Under the pieces are notes generated by a model. The model saw only the letters and a list, made by a program, of their open reading frames with translations, was not told the DNA's origin and ran no database searches. Position numbers and translations under genes: made by a program. Below, one piece after another: positions 9,651 through 19,278 of a DNA stretch of 64,000 nucleotides. How positions within the stretch are numbered: position 1 is the first letter of the stretch; each line of letters starts with the position of its first letter. Origin of the DNA: Bacillota bacterium (lineage in GTDB: Bacteria; Bacillota; Sulfobacillia; JAIMAT01); assembly GCA_029960955.1 (NCBI GenBank), contig JASBVS010000002.1, forward strand, positions 146,470-210,469, read 5' to 3'.

Positions 9651-9802
9651 CGACCCGGGTTGCGCCATCGCTTCAGGAGGGAGGAGAGTTGCCAGCTGCA
9701 CGGCTGCATCGTCGCCCGTGGTTGCCGGAGAAGGACGGACGGCGGCCGCGCCGCGCGCCGGCCTGGCTCTTTCGTCCGCCTTCCCTGCCGCATCCCGCGC
9801 AG

Positions 9803-10849
9803 GTGCGGACCCTTTTCGCGCCGGTCCTCTGCCCGCTGGGCGACACGCTCTTCGCCACGCCGGCGCTGCGCGCCCTGCGCCAGCGTTTTCCCTCCGCCGA
9901 GCTGACGGTGCTCGCCTGGTCCTCCAACGCCGAGTTGCTGGAGGGCAACCCGGCCGTCGACCGGCTCTGGGTGGCGGAGAGCCCTCTCGACTTGGCCCAC
10001 TGGCTGGTCACCTGCCAGGAAGCGCGCTTCGACCTGGCGGTCGGACTCTCCAACGCGGGCAGCTGGCTGGCCGCCTTCAGCGGGGCGCGCTGGCGGACCG
10101 GCTTCGGCGCGCAGAGCCTGGGGCTCTTCTACAACCTGCCGGCGCCCGACCGGCGGGACGTCCACGCCGTCGACTACGCCCTGGCCGTCGCCCGCGCCGC
10201 CGGCGCCGAAGCGGCGGGCGAGCCGTCGCCGGAGGTCTACCCCTCGCCGGCCGACCGCCGCTGGGCGCGGCGCTTCGAGCGGCGCTTCCGCCTGCCCGGC
10301 CGCCCGCTGGTGGCGCTCCACCCGGGCGGGCGCTTCTTCCCCCAGAAGCGCTGGCCGGCGGACCACTTCGCGCGCCTGGCCGCGGCGCTGGAGGCGCGCC
10401 GCGGCGCGCGCCTGGTGGTCGTCGGCGGGCCGGACGACGCCGCCGCGGGAGAGGCGATCCTCGCCGCGCTGGAGCGCCCCGAGGACGGCCGGAACCTGGC
10501 GGGCCGCGTCGGGCTGAGGCGGACGGCGGCCCTGCTGGCGCGCGTGGACCTCTTCGTGGGCAACGACTCGGCGCCGCTCCACCTCGCCGCGGCGGTGGGG
10601 ACGCCGACGCTGGCCCTCTTCGGCCCCACCGACCCGCGCAACTTCGCCCCGCGGGGGGAACGCCACCGCCTTCTGCGCGTGGAGATGGAATGCGCGCCCT
10701 GCATCCACTGGATGGGCGGAACGCTGGAGTACCTGGCCTCGCGCCGTCACCAGGAAGAGGTGCCCGCGGAGTGCATGCTGCGCATCACCCCGGAGAGGGT
10801 CCTCGCGGAGGCCGAGCGGCAGCTGGACCGCTGGGGGCTGAGAGGATGA
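9803..10849 (+). CDS. glycosyltransferase family 9 (ADP-heptose:acceptor heptosyltransferase-like)
   Basis: Starting at GTG 9803, VRTLFAPVLCPLGDTLFATPALRAL aligns with the canonical GT9 N-terminus (MRILVIKTSSMGDVLHTLPAL). The upstream part of track ORF 9536..10849 has non-coding codon bias. The stop overlaps the next gene (ATGA). Confidence 0.75.
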   Translation: MRTLFAPVLCPLGDTLFATPALRALRQRFPSAELTVLAWSSNAELLEGNPAVDRLWVAESPLDLAHWLVTCQEARFDLAVGLSNAGSWLAAFSGARWRTGFGAQSLGLFYNLPAPDRRDVHAVDYALAVARAAGAEAAGEPSPEVYPSPADRRWARRFERRFRLPGRPLVALHPGGRFFPQKRWPADHFARLAAALEARRGARLVVVGGPDDAAAGEAILAALERPEDGRNLAGRVGLRRTAALLARVDLFVGNDSAPLHLAAAVGTPTLALFGPTDPRNFAPRGERHRLLRVEMECAPCIHWMGGTLEYLASRRHQEEVPAECMLRITPERVLAEAERQLDRWGLRG

Positions 10850-12015
10850 GCGGCATGCGCGTCGCCATGTTCACCGACAGCTATACGCCCTACGTCAGCG
10901 GCGTCGTCCGCTCCATCCTGCTGCTCAAGCGCGAGCTGGAGCGGATGGGCCACGAGGTGACCGTCTTCGCGCCCGACTACCCGGGCGTCTCGCCCGAGGC
11001 GGACCAGGCGGAGCGGGTGATCCGCCTCCCCTCGCTGCCCGCGCCGACGCAGCCGGACTTCCACGTGCCCATCCCCTGGGCGCCGGGCATCACGCGTCGC
11101 CTCCGCCAGCTGGAGGTGGAGGTGGTCCACAGCCACTCGCCCTTCGTCGCGGGCGGGGTGGCCGCCGCGGCGGCGCGGCGCCTGGGCCTGCCGCTGGTCT
11201 TCACCTATCACACGCGCTACGACCTCTACACCCACTACGCGCCCATCGACGTGCCGCTGACCCGGCGCGTGGTGGCGGAGTGGGCCACCTTCTACGCCAA
11301 CTCGGCCGACCAGGTGATCGCCCCCTCGCCCTCGCTCGCCCGCTGGCTCGAGGGGCAGGGCGTCACCTCGCCGATCCGGGTCATCCCCAGCGGCATCGAC
11401 CTGGAGGTGCTGCGGGCGGGCGACCCGGAGTGGCTTCGCGGGAGGCTCGGCCTCGAGCCGGCCGCGCGCATCGTCCTCTACGCGGGGCGGCTGGGGGCGG
11501 AGAAGAATCTCGACCTTCTCTTCCGCGCCTTTGCCCGCGTGGCGGAGGCGCGCCCGGACGTCCACCTGGCGCTGGCGGGCGACGGGACGGAGCGGCGCCG
11601 CCTGGAGGCGTGGGCGAGGGAGGCGCCGCTGGCGGGGCGGGTCCACTTCCTGGGCACGCTGGCGCCCGAGGAGCTCCGCCACGCCTACCACGGGGCCACC
11701 TGCTTCGCCTTCCCCTCCACCAGCGAGACGCAGGGCCTGGTGCTGGCCGAGGCGATGGGCGCCGGCCTCCCGCCGGTGGCGGTGGCGGCGCCGGCCAGCT
11801 GCGACACCGTCCGTGACGGCGTCGACGGGCTGCTGGTGCCGGATTCGGAGGAAGCGATGGCGGCCGCCCTCCTCCGGCTGGTGGACGACCCGCGGCTGCG
11901 CGCCCTGCTGGGCAGCGAGGCGAGGCGCCGCGCCGAGAGCTTCTCCGTCCGGAGGACGACCGCCCTGGTCGTGGCCACCTACGAGGCCGCCCTCGCCTCC
12001 GCCTTGCGGCTGTGA
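10846..12015 (+). CDS. glycosyltransferase family 4 (GT-B, EX7E-type)
   Basis: MRVAMFTDSYTPYVSGV N-terminus and a C-terminal GT4 domain (FPSTSETQGLVLAEAMGAGLPPVA). The real start is 10846 inside the long track frame 9718..12015. Confidence 0.8.
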   Translation: MSGMRVAMFTDSYTPYVSGVVRSILLLKRELERMGHEVTVFAPDYPGVSPEADQAERVIRLPSLPAPTQPDFHVPIPWAPGITRRLRQLEVEVVHSHSPFVAGGVAAAAARRLGLPLVFTYHTRYDLYTHYAPIDVPLTRRVVAEWATFYANSADQVIAPSPSLARWLEGQGVTSPIRVIPSGIDLEVLRAGDPEWLRGRLGLEPAARIVLYAGRLGAEKNLDLLFRAFARVAEARPDVHLALAGDGTERRRLEAWAREAPLAGRVHFLGTLAPEELRHAYHGATCFAFPSTSETQGLVLAEAMGAGLPPVAVAAPASCDTVRDGVDGLLVPDSEEAMAAALLRLVDDPRLRALLGSEARRRAESFSVRRTTALVVATYEAALASALRL

Positions 12016-13055
12016 GCTCCCGCGCCCTCCGCCGTGGGCTTCTCCTCTCGCTCGGCCTCAGCGTCGCCGGCGTGGTGCTCGTCCTCCTGGCGAGCGGCGG
12101 GCGGCAGGCGCTGGACGCGGTCCTGCGCGCCCGCCCCGGCTGGTACGGCCTCGCGGTGGCGCTCATCTTCCTCGCCTGGTGGCTGCGCGCCTGGCGGATC
12201 GTCGTCCTGGCGCGGGCGCTGGGCCACCCGATGCCGCCCGGGCGGGCTTGGACCTACTACTTGGCCAGCGTCTTCGTCTCGCACGTCACCCCCACCAGCT
12301 CGGGCGGGCTTCCCGTCCTCCTGGCGCTGCTCGTGCGCGACGGCATGCCGGCCGGCCGGGCCTCCGCCCTGGTCCTGCTGGAGTCGGTGCTCACCTCGCT
12401 GGTCTTCGCCGTGGCGGCGCCGCTCCTCATCCTGGCCGGGCCGGTGGCGCACCTCGCCTCCGGCCTGCGTGCGAGCCTGGCGACGCTCGTCGGCGCCTTC
12501 GCCGGCGTGGCCCTCCTCCTTCTGGCCCTGCTCCTCTGGCCCGACCTGCTGGCGCGGCTGATCCTGCGCGCCGGCGCCAACCGCCTCCTCCTCCGCCTCC
12601 TCGGCCCCCGGCGGGCCGCCCGCTGGCGGAGCGTCGCCCGCCGGGAGGTGCGTCGCTTCACCGTGGCGATGCGCTGGATGGTGGCGCGCCGCTGGGGGGC
12701 GCTTCTGGGCACCGTCCTGCTCAGCATCCTCTACTGGACGGCCTACCTGGCCATCCTGCCCGTGTTGATGGTGGGGCTGGGTGTAAGATTCACCTGGTAT
12801 GCGCCGGTGGCCGTCCAGCTTCTCTTCAACCTGGTTCAACCCGCGATCCCGACGCCGGGAGGAAGCGGTGGCGCGGAGCTCCTCTTCGCCTACCTGGTGC
12901 GGGGGCTGGTTCCGCCGCAGGAAGTGAGCCCGCTGGTGCTCCTCTGGCGCTCGGTCACCTTCTACCTGAGCGTGGCGCTGGGCGGCGTGGCGGCCATCCT
13001 GACCCTCCGGCCGCTCGCCCGCCGCCGCCCGCTGGCCGAGCGCCGGGCGCCCTGA
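12012..13055 (+). CDS. flippase-like / lysylphosphatidylglycerol-synthase-TM-region family membrane protein (YbhN/UPF0104-like)
   Basis: About 8 TM segments and a conserved PTPGGSGGAELLF motif. GTGA overlap with the GT4 stop. Confidence 0.6.
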   Translation: MSSRALRRGLLLSLGLSVAGVVLVLLASGGRQALDAVLRARPGWYGLAVALIFLAWWLRAWRIVVLARALGHPMPPGRAWTYYLASVFVSHVTPTSSGGLPVLLALLVRDGMPAGRASALVLLESVLTSLVFAVAAPLLILAGPVAHLASGLRASLATLVGAFAGVALLLLALLLWPDLLARLILRAGANRLLLRLLGPRRAARWRSVARREVRRFTVAMRWMVARRWGALLGTVLLSILYWTAYLAILPVLMVGLGVRFTWYAPVAVQLLFNLVQPAIPTPGGSGGAELLFAYLVRGLVPPQEVSPLVLLWRSVTFYLSVALGGVAAILTLRPLARRRPLAERRAP

Positions 13056-13085
13056 GCGCCGGCGGCGTGGAGAGGGGAAAGTCCG

Positions 13086-14111
13086 GTGCGGACGAGCGAA
13101 CGCCTGGAGGAAGTGCTGCGCGCCTGGAGGGAGTGCCGCGTGGTCGTCGTCGGCGACCTGATCGCCGACCACTACGTGGCCGGCGAGGTGCGCCGGATCT
13201 CGCGCGAGGCGCCGGTCATGATCGTCGAGCAGCAGCAGGAGTGGTACCGGCCGGGCGGCGCGGCCAACGCGGCCCAGGGCGCCCGCGCCCTGGGCGCCTC
13301 CGTCACCGTCCTGGGCATGGTCGGCGCCGACCCGCCGGGGCGCCGTCTCCTGGACGCCCTGGCCGAGCAGGGGATCGACACCCATTCGGTGCTGGTCGCC
13401 GGCGACCGGGCCACCGCCGTCAAGACGAGGATCCTCGCGGGCGGGCCCCAGGCGCTCCGCCAGCAGGTCCTGCGCGTCGACCGGACGCCCGCGCCGCCCT
13501 CGGCCGGCGAGCTGCAGCCGCTGGTCGACCGCCTCGGGCGGCTCCTCGACGGGGCGGACGCCGTCCTCCTCTCCGACTACGGCCACGGGCTCCTCGCCCC
13601 CGCCCTGATCGCGCGCGTGCGCGAGGTGGCGGGCCGGCTGGGCATCCCCGTCACGGCCGACTCCCGCTACCGGCTGGGCGACTTCCGCGGCCTGGCCGCG
13701 GCCACCCCCAACCAGCCGGAGGCGGAGGCGCTGGTCGGCCGGCCGCTCGAGGACGAGGCGGCGCTGGTCGAGGCGGGGCGGTCGCTGCGCGAGGCGCTGG
13801 AGCTCGACACGCTGGTCATCACCCGGGGCGAGCGGGGCATGACGGTCTTCACGCCCCGGCAGGCCCGCCACATCCCCGCCCTGGAGGTGGCCGAGGTCTT
13901 CGACGTGACCGGGGCGGGCGACACGGTCATCGCCACCCTGACGCTGGGGCTGGCGGTCGGCCTGGACCCCGTCGAGGCGGCGGAGGTGGCCAACGTGGCC
14001 GCCGGCCTGGTCGTCCGCAAGCTGGGCGCCGCCACCGTCAGCCCGGACGAACTGCGGGAGGGATGGCGAGCATGGCTGGCTTCGACCGGGAGCAGCGTGG
14101 CGCCGAGCTGA
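13086..14111 (+). CDS. D-glycero-beta-D-manno-heptose-7-phosphate kinase (RfaE/HldE domain-I-like, PfkB family)
   Basis: Ribokinase-like fold with C-terminal FDVTGAGDTVIATLTLGL. The length and pattern match the HldE kinase domain. Confidence 0.7.
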   Translation: MRTSERLEEVLRAWRECRVVVVGDLIADHYVAGEVRRISREAPVMIVEQQQEWYRPGGAANAAQGARALGASVTVLGMVGADPPGRRLLDALAEQGIDTHSVLVAGDRATAVKTRILAGGPQALRQQVLRVDRTPAPPSAGELQPLVDRLGRLLDGADAVLLSDYGHGLLAPALIARVREVAGRLGIPVTADSRYRLGDFRGLAAATPNQPEAEALVGRPLEDEAALVEAGRSLREALELDTLVITRGERGMTVFTPRQARHIPALEVAEVFDVTGAGDTVIATLTLGLAVGLDPVEAAEVANVAAGLVVRKLGAATVSPDELREGWRAWLASTGSSVAPS

Positions 14112-14875
14112 CGCCGGGGGAGGGGAGCCGGTCCGGCAAGCAGGCGTACGTGGAGGCCATCTTCGACCGCATCGCGCCGCGCTACGACCGGATGAACCGG
14201 CTGATGACGCTGGGCCTCTGGTGGTACTGGCAGTGGTCCTTCCGGCGGCTGGCGGGCATCCGGCCGGGCGACAGGGTGCTGGACGTGGGCTGCGGCACCG
14301 CCGAGCTCTCGCTCCTGGCCGCCCGCGAGACCGGGCCGGGCGGCCGCGTCACCGGCGTCGACATCGCCGAGGGCATGCTGCGCGTCTGCCGGCAGAAGAT
14401 CGCGGGCAGCCCGCTGGCCGGCCGGCTCGAATTCCTGCGGGCCGACGCCCAGGCGCTGCCCTTCCCCGACGGCAGCTTCGACGTGGTCGTCTCCGGCTTC
14501 ATGCTGCGCAACGTCGCCTCGCTGGATCGCGCCCTGGGCGAGATGGCGCGTGTCCTCCGCCCCGGCGGTCGCGTGGCGGTGCTGGAGCTGACCCACCCGC
14601 CGTCGCGCTGGGTGGCCGCCCCCTACCTGGCCTACTTCCGCCACGTGGTCCCCTGGCTGGGCCGCTGGGCGCGGCGCGAGGGCGACCCGCTGCCGCCCTA
14701 CGCCTGGCTGCCCGAGTCGCTGCGCGAGATACCGCCCGCCCCGGAACTGGCGCGCCGCCTGGAGCGGGCGGGCTTCAGCCGCGTCGCCTACCGCTACCTG
14801 AGCGCGGGTGTGGTGGCCGTCCACACCGGCGAGAAGCCGGGGCGGAGGGAGCGGGGCGCCCGGCCGCCGGCCTGA
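14063..14875 (+). CDS. ubiE: demethylmenaquinone/ubiquinone methyltransferase
   Basis: YDRMNRLMTLGLWWYWQ and VLDVGCGTAEL SAM motif. ATG 14063 or 14072 are both in frame; the track ORF 11531..14875 is an over-extended frame. Confidence 0.8.
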   Translation: MASMAGFDREQRGAELTPGEGSRSGKQAYVEAIFDRIAPRYDRMNRLMTLGLWWYWQWSFRRLAGIRPGDRVLDVGCGTAELSLLAARETGPGGRVTGVDIAEGMLRVCRQKIAGSPLAGRLEFLRADAQALPFPDGSFDVVVSGFMLRNVASLDRALGEMARVLRPGGRVAVLELTHPPSRWVAAPYLAYFRHVVPWLGRWARREGDPLPPYAWLPESLREIPPAPELARRLERAGFSRVAYRYLSAGVVAVHTGEKPGRRERGARPPA

Positions 14876-14941
14876 GCACTCTTCGCCGCCGGCGGGGGCG
14901 ACTACAATTGTGACACGGGTCGAAACGAACCGGAATCGCGG

Positions 14942-16312
14942 GTGATGGCCGCTTCCATGTCCGTCGTGGTGGTGGGGCTCAATCACAAGACGGCCAAGCT
15001 GGCGCTGCGCGAGCGCGCCTCCTGGTCGGAGGCGGAGATCCCCTCGGCGCTGCGCGCCCTGGTGACGCTCCCCGGTGTCCACGAGGCCGCCATCCTGGCC
15101 ACGTGCAACCGGGTGGAGATCTACGCCGCGGTCGACAGCCCGGCGCGCGAGGCGGGGCGGATCCGCGCCTGGTGGGGCGACGGGCGCGGGCTGGGCCCGC
15201 ACCTGGAGGAGTCGGGCTACCTTTACGTGGACGCCGAGGCCGCCGGCCACCTTTTCAGCGTCACCGCCGGCCTCGACTCGCTGGTCCTGGGCGAGACGCA
15301 GATCCTCGGCCAGGTCCGCCAGGCCTACCGGACCGCCCAGCTGGCCGGCACCCTCGGGAAGAACCTGTACGAGCTCTTCGACCGGGCGCTGGCGGCGGCC
15401 AAGCGCATCCACACCGAGACGGCGCTCAGCCGGACGCCCGTCAGCGTCCCCCACGCCGCCGTCGAGCTGATCCGCCGCATCTTCCCCGACCTGCGCCAGC
15501 GGGCGGCGCTGGTGGTGGGCGCGGGCCGCACGGCGGCGCTCGCCGCCCGGCAGCTGGCGGCGGGGCAGCCCGGACGGCTGGTGATCGCCAACCGGACGCC
15601 GGCCCGCGCCGGCGCGCTGGCGCGCGAGGTGGGCGCCGAGGCGGCCGGCCTCGAGGCGCTGGATCCGCTCCTGGGGCAGGTCGACGTGGTCCTGACGGCC
15701 ACCAGCTCGCCCCGCCTCCTGGTGACGCGCGAGATGGTGGCGCGGGCGCTGGAGAACCGCGAGCGGCCCCTCTTCCTGGTCGACATCGCGGTGCCGCGCA
15801 ACGTCGACCCCCAGGCGGGCTCGCTGGAGGGCGCCTACCTCTACGTCATCGACGACCTGCAGGTGCTGGTGGCGCGGGAGCTGGAGGCCAGGGCGCGCGA
15901 GGCGGCCCGCGCCCGGGCCATCGTCGCCGAGGAGGTCGCCGCCTTCGGCGAGTGGCAGGCCTCGCAGAGCGTCGTACCCCTCGTCCGCGACCTCGTCCGG
16001 CGGGCCGAGGCGATCCGCCAGGCCGAGCTGGAGAAGACGCTCCACCGCCTGCCCGAGCTGGACGAGCGCCAGCGCCAGGCGCTGGAGCAGCTGACCGGCA
16101 GCATCGTCCACAAGCTCCTCCACGATCCCATCGAGAGCCTGAAGCAGTCCGCCTCGCGGCCGGAGGGGGCCGAACTGGCCGGCGCCTTCCGCCGCCTCTT
16201 CCGTCTCGAGGAGGTCGAGGGGGCGTCCGGGCAGGCGCCCGCCGCTGGGACCGGGCGGGCGGAGGCCGGCGGCGCCGCCGTCGCCGCGCGGCTGGAGGAG
16301 CGGGCGCGATGA
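14942..16312 (+). CDS. hemA: glutamyl-tRNA reductase
   Basis: VVGLNHKTA...ATCNRVEIY. The start is ATG 14942 or ATG 14957. Confidence 0.9.
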   Translation: MMAASMSVVVVGLNHKTAKLALRERASWSEAEIPSALRALVTLPGVHEAAILATCNRVEIYAAVDSPAREAGRIRAWWGDGRGLGPHLEESGYLYVDAEAAGHLFSVTAGLDSLVLGETQILGQVRQAYRTAQLAGTLGKNLYELFDRALAAAKRIHTETALSRTPVSVPHAAVELIRRIFPDLRQRAALVVGAGRTAALAARQLAAGQPGRLVIANRTPARAGALAREVGAEAAGLEALDPLLGQVDVVLTATSSPRLLVTREMVARALENRERPLFLVDIAVPRNVDPQAGSLEGAYLYVIDDLQVLVARELEARAREAARARAIVAEEVAAFGEWQASQSVVPLVRDLVRRAEAIRQAELEKTLHRLPELDERQRQALEQLTGSIVHKLLHDPIESLKQSASRPEGAELAGAFRRLFRLEEVEGASGQAPAAGTGRAEAGGAAVAARLEERAR

Positions 16313-17250
16313 AGATCCGCGTCGGGACGCGGGGCTCGCGCCTGGCGCTCTCCCAGGCCGCCTCCGTCCGGCAGGCGCTCCTCGCCCTCGTCCCCGACGA
16401 CGTGGAGGTGGCGCTGGTCCCCATCGTCACCAGGGGCGACCGCCGCCAGGACGTCTCCCTCGCCCGCCTCCGCGGCCGCGGCGTCTTCGTCAAGGAAGTG
16501 GAGCAGGCGCTGCTCGACGGTCGCGTCCAGATGGCGGTGCACAGCGCCAAAGACCTGACCTCGCTCCTCCCCCAGGGCCTCCGCCTGGCCGCCTTCCCGC
16601 CCCGGCAGGACCCGCGCGACGCGCTCCTCACCCCCCTGGGCCGGCCGGCCGCCACGCTCTCGAGCCTTCCTCGCGGCGCGCGCGTGGCCACGGGGAGCAT
16701 CCGCCGCCAGGCGCAGCTCCGCCACCTGCGCCCGGACCTGGAGCTGGTCGACCTGCGCGGCAACGTCGAGACCCGGCTCAGGCGGCTCGACGCGGGCGAG
16801 TTCGACGCGCTCGTCCTGGCCGTGGCCGGGCTGGCGCGGCTGGGCGTCGCCGGCCGGGCCTGGACGCTGCTGGAGCCGGGGGAGATGCTGCCGGCGGTCG
16901 GCCAGGGGGCGCTGGCCGTGGAGATCCGCGACGAGCCCGGCCCGGTCGCGGAGTGGGCGGAGCGCCTGAACGACCCCGAGACGGCGCTCTGCGTCACCGT
17001 CGAGCGGGAGTTCCTGGCCGCCTTCGGCGGCGGCTGCGAGGTGCCGCTGGCGGCGCTGGCCCGGCTCTCGCCCGACGGGGCCACCGTCACCCTGGCCGCC
17101 CGCGCCCTCGACCCGGGCGGGACGAGGATGCTGGAGACGCGATGCAGCGCTCCCCGCGAGGCCCCGGAAGGGCTGGGCCGGCGGGCGGCCGAGGAGCTGA
17201 TCGCCCGGGGGGCGCTGGAGCTGGTGGGACGCCATGCCGGAAGGCGATGA
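16309..17250 (+). CDS. hemC: porphobilinogen deaminase (hydroxymethylbilane synthase)
   Basis: MKIRVGTRGSRLALSQA. ATG 16309 overlaps the hemA stop (ATGA); it lies inside the long track frame 15103..17250. Confidence 0.9.
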   Translation: MKIRVGTRGSRLALSQAASVRQALLALVPDDVEVALVPIVTRGDRRQDVSLARLRGRGVFVKEVEQALLDGRVQMAVHSAKDLTSLLPQGLRLAAFPPRQDPRDALLTPLGRPAATLSSLPRGARVATGSIRRQAQLRHLRPDLELVDLRGNVETRLRRLDAGEFDALVLAVAGLARLGVAGRAWTLLEPGEMLPAVGQGALAVEIRDEPGPVAEWAERLNDPETALCVTVEREFLAAFGGGCEVPLAALARLSPDGATVTLAARALDPGGTRMLETRCSAPREAPEGLGRRAAEELIARGALELVGRHAGRR

Positions 17251-18040
17251 GGCCGGCCGGCGGCTGGCCGGCCGGCGCGTGGCGCTGGTCGCGCTGGGCG
17301 AGGACCGCCGCCTGGCCCGCCTCCTGGAGGAGCGGGGGGCGGAGCCCCTCGTCCTGCCGCTCCTGCGCATCGAACTCGCCCCCGCCGGCGCGCTGGAGGC
17401 GCTGCGCGCGGCCCTGGCCAGGCTCGAGGAAGGCGACTGGCTCGCCCTCACCAGCGCCCGCGCGGTGCGCGCCCTTTCCGCGCTGGCGGCGGAGCTCGGC
17501 GGGCGGCCGCCAGGCGGCTTCCTGGCGGGGAGGAAGCTGCGCGTCGCCGCCGTCGGAGAGGCGACCGCGCGCGCGGCCGAGGAGGCGGGGCTCGCGGTGG
17601 AGCGGACGGGGCGCGCGGGCGACCTGGCGCTGGCGGAGGAGCTGGCGCGGGCGGGCGCGCGACGGGTCCTGCTGCCCCGTTCCGAGGCGGCCGACAAGGC
17701 GTTCCCGGAGCGGCTGCGGGAGCTGGGCGTCGAGCCGCTTCCCGTCACGGTCTACCGCAACAGCCTCGACCGGGGGGCGCTGCCCGCCGCGGCGGCGCTC
17801 CTCCGCCGGCGACGCCCCGAGGCGGCGCTCCTGACCAGCGCCTCCACCGCCGCCGCCCTGGCGGCGGCGGTGCGCGAGGCGGGCGTCGAGCCGCCGCCGG
17901 CCGGGGCGATCGGCGAGTCGACGCGCCGGGCGGCGGAGGCGGCGGGACTGCGCGTCGCCTTCGTGGCGTCGCAGCCCTCCTACGGGGAGCTGGTCGGGGC
18001 GCTGGAACGCTTCCTTGGAGGGAAGGGCGAAAGAGGGTAG
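17234..18040 (+). CDS. hemD: uroporphyrinogen-III synthase
   Basis: HemD-like 268 aa (LTSARAVRAL...). It follows hemC with a short overlap. Confidence 0.8.
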   Translation: MPEGDEAGRRLAGRRVALVALGEDRRLARLLEERGAEPLVLPLLRIELAPAGALEALRAALARLEEGDWLALTSARAVRALSALAAELGGRPPGGFLAGRKLRVAAVGEATARAAEEAGLAVERTGRAGDLALAEELARAGARRVLLPRSEAADKAFPERLRELGVEPLPVTVYRNSLDRGALPAAAALLRRRRPEAALLTSASTAAALAAAVREAGVEPPPAGAIGESTRRAAEAAGLRVAFVASQPSYGELVGALERFLGGKGERG

Positions 18041-18088
18041 GGCGAAGGGAAGGGCGGGGCGGAGCGCGCCTCCGTCCCGGCGTCGAAG

Positions 18089-19114
18089 ATGGGAGAAGGG
18101 GGGGCGCCGTCCATGGCGACGACCGAAGGGGGCCGCGCCGCGGCCTTTCCCGCGGTGCGCATGCGCAGGCTGCGCGAGAACCCGGTGATCCGCGAGATGG
18201 TGAGGGAGACGCGCCTCTCGCCGCGCGAGCTGATCCAGCCCTTCTTCGTCCGCGAGGGGAAGGGCGAGCGGGAGCCGGTGCCCGCCATGCCCGGGGTGGA
18301 GCGGCTCAGCGTCGACCAGCTGCTCGTCGAGGCGCGACGGACCTACGAGGCCGGCGTGCCCGCCGTCCTCCTCTTCGGCATCCCCGACACGAAGGACGAG
18401 GCGGGCTCCCAGGCCTACGCCCGCGACGGCGTCGTCCAGCGGGCCGTGCGCGAGCTGAAGTCGGCGCTGCCCGAGCTGGTGGTGATCACCGACGTCTGCC
18501 TCTGCGAGTACACCTCGCACGGGCACTGCGGGCTGATCATCAACGGGCGCGTGGCCAACGACCCGACGCTGGAGCTGCTGGCCGAGACCGCCGTCTCCCA
18601 CGCCGAGGCCGGCGCCGACATCGTGGCGCCCTCGGACATGATGGACGGCCGCATCGCCGCCATCCGGCACGCGCTGGACGAGGCCGGGTACACGGAGACG
18701 CTGGTCCTCTCCTACGCGGCCAAGTTCGCCAGCACCTTCTACGGGCCGTTCCGCGAGGCCGCCGGCTCGGCGCCCGCCTTCGGCGACCGGCGGAGCTACC
18801 AGATGGACCCGGCCGACGGCGACCAGGCGCTCCGCGAGGTGGCGCTGGACGTGGAGGAGGGCGCGGACATGATCATGGTCAAGCCGGCGCTCCCCTACCT
18901 GGACGTGATCCGCCGCGTGCGGGAGCGCTTCCTCCTGCCGCTGGTCGCCTACCAGGTCTCCGGCGAGTACGCCATGATCCGCTTCGCGGCGCAGGCGGGC
19001 GCGCTGGACGAGGAGGCGGCCGTCCTGGAGTCGCTCACCGCCATCCGGCGCGCCGGGGCGCAGATGATCATCACCTACTTCGCCACCGACGTGGCCAGGC
19101 GCCTGGGCGCCTGA
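18089..19114 (+). CDS. hemB: porphobilinogen synthase (delta-aminolevulinic acid dehydratase)
   Basis: [12 protein letters not shown]...LIQPFFV and active-site region. The start may be ATG 18113. Confidence 0.9.
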   Translation: MGEGGAPSMATTEGGRAAAFPAVRMRRLRENPVIREMVRETRLSPRELIQPFFVREGKGEREPVPAMPGVERLSVDQLLVEARRTYEAGVPAVLLFGIPDTKDEAGSQAYARDGVVQRAVRELKSALPELVVITDVCLCEYTSHGHCGLIINGRVANDPTLELLAETAVSHAEAGADIVAPSDMMDGRIAAIRHALDEAGYTETLVLSYAAKFASTFYGPFREAAGSAPAFGDRRSYQMDPADGDQALREVALDVEEGADMIMVKPALPYLDVIRRVRERFLLPLVAYQVSGEYAMIRFAAQAGALDEEAAVLESLTAIRRAGAQMIITYFATDVARRLGA

Positions 19115-19151
19115 CCGCCTCCGGCGCCTGTCGCGCGCGTCAACCCGCGAG

Positions 19152-19186
19152 GCCGCCGCATCCCGCCGGATGCGGCGGCTTTCCTG
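19152..19186 (+). terminator. intrinsic terminator after hemB
   Basis: 12-bp perfect GC stem GCCGCCGCATCC/GGATGCGGCGGC with a 4-nt loop, followed by TTTCCT, 38 nt after the hemB stop. Confidence 0.6.
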
Positions 19187-19278
19187 CCAAGGAGCAGGAG
19201 TGACGCCGCGTCGACCCGTACAATGGAGGTGACGCATCCGTAAAATCCGCATTCGCGCGAAGGAAGGGAGGAGCGCCG

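Noticed and set aside
19196-19224. TACAAT -10-like hexamer upstream of the mutase operon as a full promoter
   Set aside because: No acceptable -35 lies at 16-19 nt (best is TGACGC at 12 nt). It may still be a -10-only promoter, but the evidence is too weak to list as a feature.
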